From contig OZ250150.1 in assembly GCA_965237675.1 (NCBI GenBank), forward strand, positions 3,744,001-3,808,000: a stretch of DNA of 64,000 nt, given 5' to 3'. This DNA comes from Candidatus Latescibacterota bacterium. Lineage in GTDB: Bacteria; Latescibacterota; UBA2968; GCA-2709665. Of this stretch, positions 61,301-64,000 are shown piece by piece. A program made the position numbers and the translations under genes. The notes under the pieces are model-generated. The model was not told the origin of the DNA. It saw nothing but the letters and a program-made list of their open reading frames with translations, and ran no database searches. Position 1 is the stretch's first letter. Each line of letters starts with the position of its first letter.

Positions 61301-61534
61301 GCGACGTTGTCGGAAGAGGGGCTGATAGGCGGTGGAAAGAGAGTAGGTTAACTTGCTCGGAGGACGATTGAAGACGTGAGTGGGTGCCTTCCCGAGCGTA
61401 AGTTGAATACCCGGTTCCGCGCGGAGGGTGTCCGGATTGGCCAGAAGACACGTGCTGAAGATGCAAGCGAGGACTGTCGGTAGCGGGAGGGTCAATCCCT
61501 TTTGAGAATCTTTGGCGATGGATGGGGTTTGCAT
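55310..61534 (-). CDS. sprA: Type IX secretion system translocon SprA/Sov
   Basis: About 2070 aa; LNVQGSIGDRI, YDGDEDDIIQEIEAG, GLFGIK, AYIDDFEG, EDIGLDG, DSEDLNQNG, IWLDELRV; amphipathic beta-strands ending EIRFN. The start is uncertain (the ORF is open to 61624). Confidence 0.88.
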   Translation of the reverse strand: MQTPSIAKDSQKGLTLPLPTVLACIFSTCLLANPDTLRAEPGIQLTLGKAPTHVFNRPPSKLTYSLSTAYQPLFRQRRQFTQTVTRLLDTDTGTLMVFQAIGDVVHGIPAVITIKRLSAYKFDADFYRMTLEKLNPPARPRRGAGSALLDIKIPVNVPKALSVITGEGDTNIKITGSRRIDLSGVNTTVGGQAQTVRARTAEGFTVNFEQQSQLNVQGSIGDRITLNLQQNSRGQTDISESLQFRYDGDEDDIIQEIEAGRTSLSLPGTRLVGFSSSNRSGLFGIKGRGRLGGLDVTVVTSHDKGASNRKSFQGQAEEIANRIRDYAYEENLYFFLDGVYRQSFPDEPTRADLVDISSVRVFLNDFNDRNDIEQRAGRGVAFAFWTAGPIPEPDAGVTGVQNGGIEEGFFHELDRSEFLVDARGYLIMTRGRISRGHTLAVAYRTADGRVFGDLNFIQDPSNPDARIRLKLIHARQQRPEFPSWDLAWRNVYYMGSRDIEPEGFELEILRDVSGQEAVDNQRGTPYLQIFDLDRHTNGSSESSPPDNLIDIDGGTNLPGLNLRTGHLVFRDLEPFGEPGVGAEALSDDARVPEIYNTTNNTTRAQKGQYYLRIRSKSRDTKFNLGFGLIENSEEVLLNNRRLTRGRDYNIKYEFGTIELVGEASDLAADPSANLVINYGSKSQFGFGGGQKSLLGIRAEHPFKDNVSMLGMSLLYGSESASHQRVRVGEEPARTLIWDLNGRFRFKPQALTDLANRLPFISTQAPSAFNVDMEIAQSLPNPNTKNVAYIDDFEGAESRKSFSTFKFPWSAGSSPMRNGLQLSMPKGRLTWYNLVHRDRISIYDIQPGRDDIPVESSIVDDVLSIRFEPHRSNGFPETSRNPAGGLPEISWAGVTSYLRGMDFSRSKFIELWIRGNRGRLHIDLGEISEQTDLLLDDATLNPPPTGQFRTEDRPLPGFPTGDDVAIPEEDIGLDGLTDAQEDSVFRLIFPGVTVPDDPSDDNFKDVDLNQENFRFRYPSGVNGTQNNNPEREQRPDSEDLNQNGILDTRNHYLHYSADLASDRGWNGMTGGYDGPSVLVVGSQSDPSDRPWRLLRIPLRGNNAPRTIEGNPDTTFAGVFDFARIWIEHDDTTSLDIYTIAAVGSDWLEDKPPEGQQSGDLRVATIGTDNQVYELPPGLERETNPQTGRQHLERSLVLRFEDLFPGESLSASRTFTEGQNYTRYGLMTMFVHGGNPTSPTYEDNFPAEPDSLAGRFSPIELFVRFSPIGEDTLNFYEYRKPIYRGWSPENNTLKIELDVLSQIKGKLTDLKATGQASDTLRLSLPAGEIIADFDIESNQIHADLDGATYTVRGNPALSKIKSFVIGVSNRGEFPLEGENEIWLDELRVDRIRKKNAVSMLLNVQTTLADLGIASLNLERRSGDFQDLQGRSTGNSTTQISLNSSLNLNKFLPDKWNTVIPVRFNYLRNGSVPRIRQGSDIVLTDQQKSKESAVRASSRFNVSLRKRRATQNPRWIARLFFDRINASLNFLTNNAVSGAITRRRSNNDQNFNGSFSYDVSWPQQKGVKILNWVPRLGTYFQDVSFFYLPSTLRYNLRFDRKHINRRSFSAVEGDTSDVIAALNETFNVNESFVIKLTPFRSLNANYSLAANRDLRNSFDFSRLQFGRETTRNQEIGFNFTPRVSKLLNINTDYSSHYRERLETGGKRTSIGNERRGLTVGNKSRVAARFSLNLPGLFRPLARPKQGQTGFSIVRLIGRLGGALDAVQANVFRNRAFNLFGLRRRPAFKFQLGLTDTTMSPRYGSGGVTRVNTRNITDNATLKSGVRLPAGFQGSTGLTFNHTRSFGNANTEEQKLEFPNLSAQWRGLGQLPVLRWLFTSSNLSFNYKSNRIFRGDGGLDDNVLTSDIRRTELRPLIAWQARWKNKMNTNFRTNRSRQNDLRYQRNVATDSTVTQPTLEERLIGTTITETSQFTASLRYSLSSKFFNRMQSNLDLTLEYGTSASLKKEIPRGAEATDTIQAVVRQSDDRWNASLAGQYQFSSKFTGGTRFRHESRKDKLRDLNNRIWEFKVWGEIRFN

Positions 61535-61819
61535 GCGTGATTTGGAATGACTGGTTCGGAGACGGGTCCACGCGTAGAGATTAAGAGTTAGAATAATAAT
61601 ACCGAACCATGTGTTAAAGATCAAGGGAAAACCCGAACCGGATGATCCATATATAAGAGACTCAGAAACAGTGAGTTAGGAATAAGAATCGGCATCCCGA
61701 ATCTTGTAATCGTTAGAGAAAGGGCTTCCGCCGAAAAAAAAATCGCGTATATTCTGGCCGCATTCCGATGTCTGGATCTTTAACTCTTTTGAAGACACAC
61801 GGTTCCTCGGAGACTTGGC

Positions 61820-63118
61820 ATGGTGCTTTCCAAGTATGTTCTCAGGGAGCATGTCGTGCCATTTGTGTTTGGCTTCTCGGTAATTATGTTTCTGCTGGTG
61901 GTTGACCTGATTCTGCAGAAGATGGATTTGATGTTGGGTAAGGGAATTGCACCGGGGGTTGTTCTGGAGTTGTTTCTGTTGAATACCGCCTGGATGATTG
62001 CTCTGGCAGTACCAATGGCGGTGCTTGTCGCCACTCTGATGGCTTTCGGACGCCTGAGCGCCGACGGTGAAATTTCTGCGATGCAGGCACTGGGAGTCGG
62101 GATCTTCCGCGTGATCTGGCCAGTATTGCTGGCTGGCGCCTCCCTCGCCCTCGGGCTGGTGATCTTCAATGACCGGGTGCTGCCGGAATTCAATTACCGG
62201 GCCCGGTTGCTGATGGGTGACATCCAGCGGAAGCGTCCCGCTGTCGCCCTCGAGGACCGGAGCGGTGTCTTTATTCAGGATTTCGCCAACTACAGGATTC
62301 TGATAGGCGATATCGACAGGCGGACCTCAATTCTCAAGGATGTCCTGATTTACAAGTTCGAGCCAGGGGGATATCCGGTATCCATCACCGCCGAAACGGG
62401 CCGGATTCGAATTGTTCGGGAGAGTGACGAAGCGCTGGTGACGCTGGAGAATGGAGAGTGGCATCGCGTGGACAGGGTCGATCCGGACGTCTACGTAAGA
62501 GCCCGTTTCAAAAAAAAGAACCTCCGGCTCGGAGAGGCCGGACGGCAGCTGATCCGCACGTTGTCACACTACCGGACCGACAGAGAGATGGGACTGGGTG
62601 CGATGATGGACCGGGTGAATGATTACCAGCGAGAAGCGGCTGCCCTGAAGGCCGACACCGCCGACAGGGCAGGCGCCGCATTCAGACGCCTGCTTTTCGA
62701 ACCGGACATCGAGCGCCTCCCCTTGCGTATGATCGCGGATCTGGCCATGCAATTTCGAACTGACGCAGCCATTCGACATCACAAACTCCGGCAGGCGGAT
62801 CGGTACCTGGTTGAGATCCATAAAAAGCTGTCAATTCCTGTTGCATGTATTGTGTTCATTTTGATTGGCGCGCCGCTCGGCATCCGGGTGCGCGGGCGCA
62901 GCCCCGCTGTCGGCGCCGGAATCAGCATTGGGTTCTTTCTTCTGTGGTGGCTCTGTCTGATCAGCGGGGAAACGCTGGCCGATCGAGGATACCTGCCACC
63001 GTGGGTTGCGATGTGGAGCCCCAATTTCATCGTTCTCTTGTGCGGCTCGTGGCTTGTATTAGGCACCCTGCTCGAATGGCGTTTCGGTCTGAGGAGGCGG
63101 AAACCGTGCGTATCCTGA
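61820..63118 (+). CDS. lptF: LPS export ABC transporter permease LptF
   Basis: KYVLRE, PMAVLVATLMAFGRLSADGEISAM, VEIHKKLSIPVAC, GAPLG, AMWSPN. Confidence 0.9.
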   Translation: MVLSKYVLREHVVPFVFGFSVIMFLLVVDLILQKMDLMLGKGIAPGVVLELFLLNTAWMIALAVPMAVLVATLMAFGRLSADGEISAMQALGVGIFRVIWPVLLAGASLALGLVIFNDRVLPEFNYRARLLMGDIQRKRPAVALEDRSGVFIQDFANYRILIGDIDRRTSILKDVLIYKFEPGGYPVSITAETGRIRIVRESDEALVTLENGEWHRVDRVDPDVYVRARFKKKNLRLGEAGRQLIRTLSHYRTDREMGLGAMMDRVNDYQREAAALKADTADRAGAAFRRLLFEPDIERLPLRMIADLAMQFRTDAAIRHHKLRQADRYLVEIHKKLSIPVACIVFILIGAPLGIRVRGRSPAVGAGISIGFFLLWWLCLISGETLADRGYLPPWVAMWSPNFIVLLCGSWLVLGTLLEWRFGLRRRKPCVS

Positions 63119-64000
63119 GCCGGTACGTACAGAATCAGTTTTTCGTATTCATGGCGCTGTGTTTTTCAGGGTTTTTGGCCGTTTTCGTCGTTGTGGACCT
63201 GGCCGGCCGACTCAGCGGCTTTATAGACAGGGGGGTGAGTGGCGGCACCCTTGCCTTGTATTACACGCTCTCAATTCCTTATATGGGTATTCTCATTCTT
63301 CCCATGGCGACGTTGCTGGCCAGTCTCTTCTGTTTTGGCAACCTTGCCCGTTTCGGCGAGCTGTCCGCAATGAAGTCCGCGGGTATTTCGCTGTATCGTA
63401 TTGCCGCACCCGTTCTGGCAGCAGCTCTCCTGGTCTGTGCGGCATCCTTCTTCCTGACCGACCGGGTGATGCCGGGCGCAAATCGGAAGCGTACGGCCAT
63501 TATTCGGGGCAATCGTCAGGCCGTCTTCACGCCCGTTTTGTTGCAGGTTGTCCTGCAGGACGTCGACGGGCAAATCCTCTCGGTGGGTACCTACTTCCGC
63601 AATGAAGCGCGTGGAACGAAGGTGACACTGGACCGGTTTGAGGGAATGCGTCTGGTCAAAAAGTTGCGCGCCGAGGAGATGGTGTGGCAAACCGAGGGAT
63701 GGACGTTTCGCAGGGGCGAAGTGCGGCGGTTTTCTCCAGAAGGAGAAGAACGCGTGGTCAAGTTCAGGGCGATGCCTGGTCGCGGGATCACACTGAGGCC
63801 CGAAGATCTGGGCCGGGACGTTCGCTCGGCGGATGAGCTGAGTTTTTCCGAATTGACCGCGCTTATCCTGCGGAGGCGGCGAATGGGGGAGGACGTTGTT
63901 CGAGTGCAGGTCGCGCGTTACATGCGACTCTCATTTCCGTTTACCGGGTTCGTGATGGTGTTGTTCGGCATCTCCCTTTCGTCCCGAACCCAACACGCTG
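63106..64000 (+). CDS. lptG: LPS export ABC transporter permease LptG (3'-truncated)
   Basis: GAGGAGG RBS plus GTG at 63106, giving MRILSRYV...LPMATLLASLFCFGNLARFGELSAMKSAGISLYRIAAP. It is absent from the ORF track, consistent with the frame running off the window end. Confidence 0.88.
   Translation, partial: MRILSRYVQNQFFVFMALCFSGFLAVFVVVDLAGRLSGFIDRGVSGGTLALYYTLSIPYMGILILPMATLLASLFCFGNLARFGELSAMKSAGISLYRIAAPVLAAALLVCAASFFLTDRVMPGANRKRTAIIRGNRQAVFTPVLLQVVLQDVDGQILSVGTYFRNEARGTKVTLDRFEGMRLVKKLRAEEMVWQTEGWTFRRGEVRRFSPEGEERVVKFRAMPGRGITLRPEDLGRDVRSADELSFSELTALILRRRRMGEDVVRVQVARYMRLSFPFTGFVMVLFGISLSSRTQHA

Overview
Gene-dense bacterial chromosomal window, roughly 60% GC by eye. No rRNA, tRNA, CRISPR array or intact mobile element was recognised. 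A dockerin-like double-EF-hand C-terminus, a DUF6785 membrane protein, a T9SS SprA translocon and LptF/G suggest a diderm FCB-related lineage such as Ca. Latescibacterota/Handelsmanbacteria (inference). From 1 to 25 kb the content is catabolic and accessory: two SDRs, TonB, DUF971, an aldo/keto reductase, a Kelch lipoprotein, a split NitT/TauT ABC system with a LecA-like lectin, two uncharacterised glycoside-hydrolase-like proteins, a frameshifted sugar-phosphate isomerase, GGT, AspC, DUF3604, a GNAT and a phosphohexomutase. From 25 to 48 kb lies an Fe-S/respiration hub. A ytfI-ytfJ-ATP-grasp unit converges on a radical SAM protein whose apparent TGA stop is most likely selenocysteine (tail PWYC-U-AEP, with a SECIS-like hairpin). 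A sufBCDSUT-rrf2-nuoB2-nfuA gene string contains an orphan second nuoB, and a divergent 11-subunit complex I (nuoABCDHIJKLMN) has no nuoEFG. From 48 to 64 kb come a PqqD/RRE-like gene pair, lexA with a GAAC-N4-GTTC box in its promoter, dprA, obg, a sprA-comEA-pilM-like-coaD string, and lptF/lptG. The most notable items are the selenoprotein radical SAM/ATP-grasp pair and the orphan NuoB embedded among the SUF genes. All family calls come from motif recognition; no searches were run.
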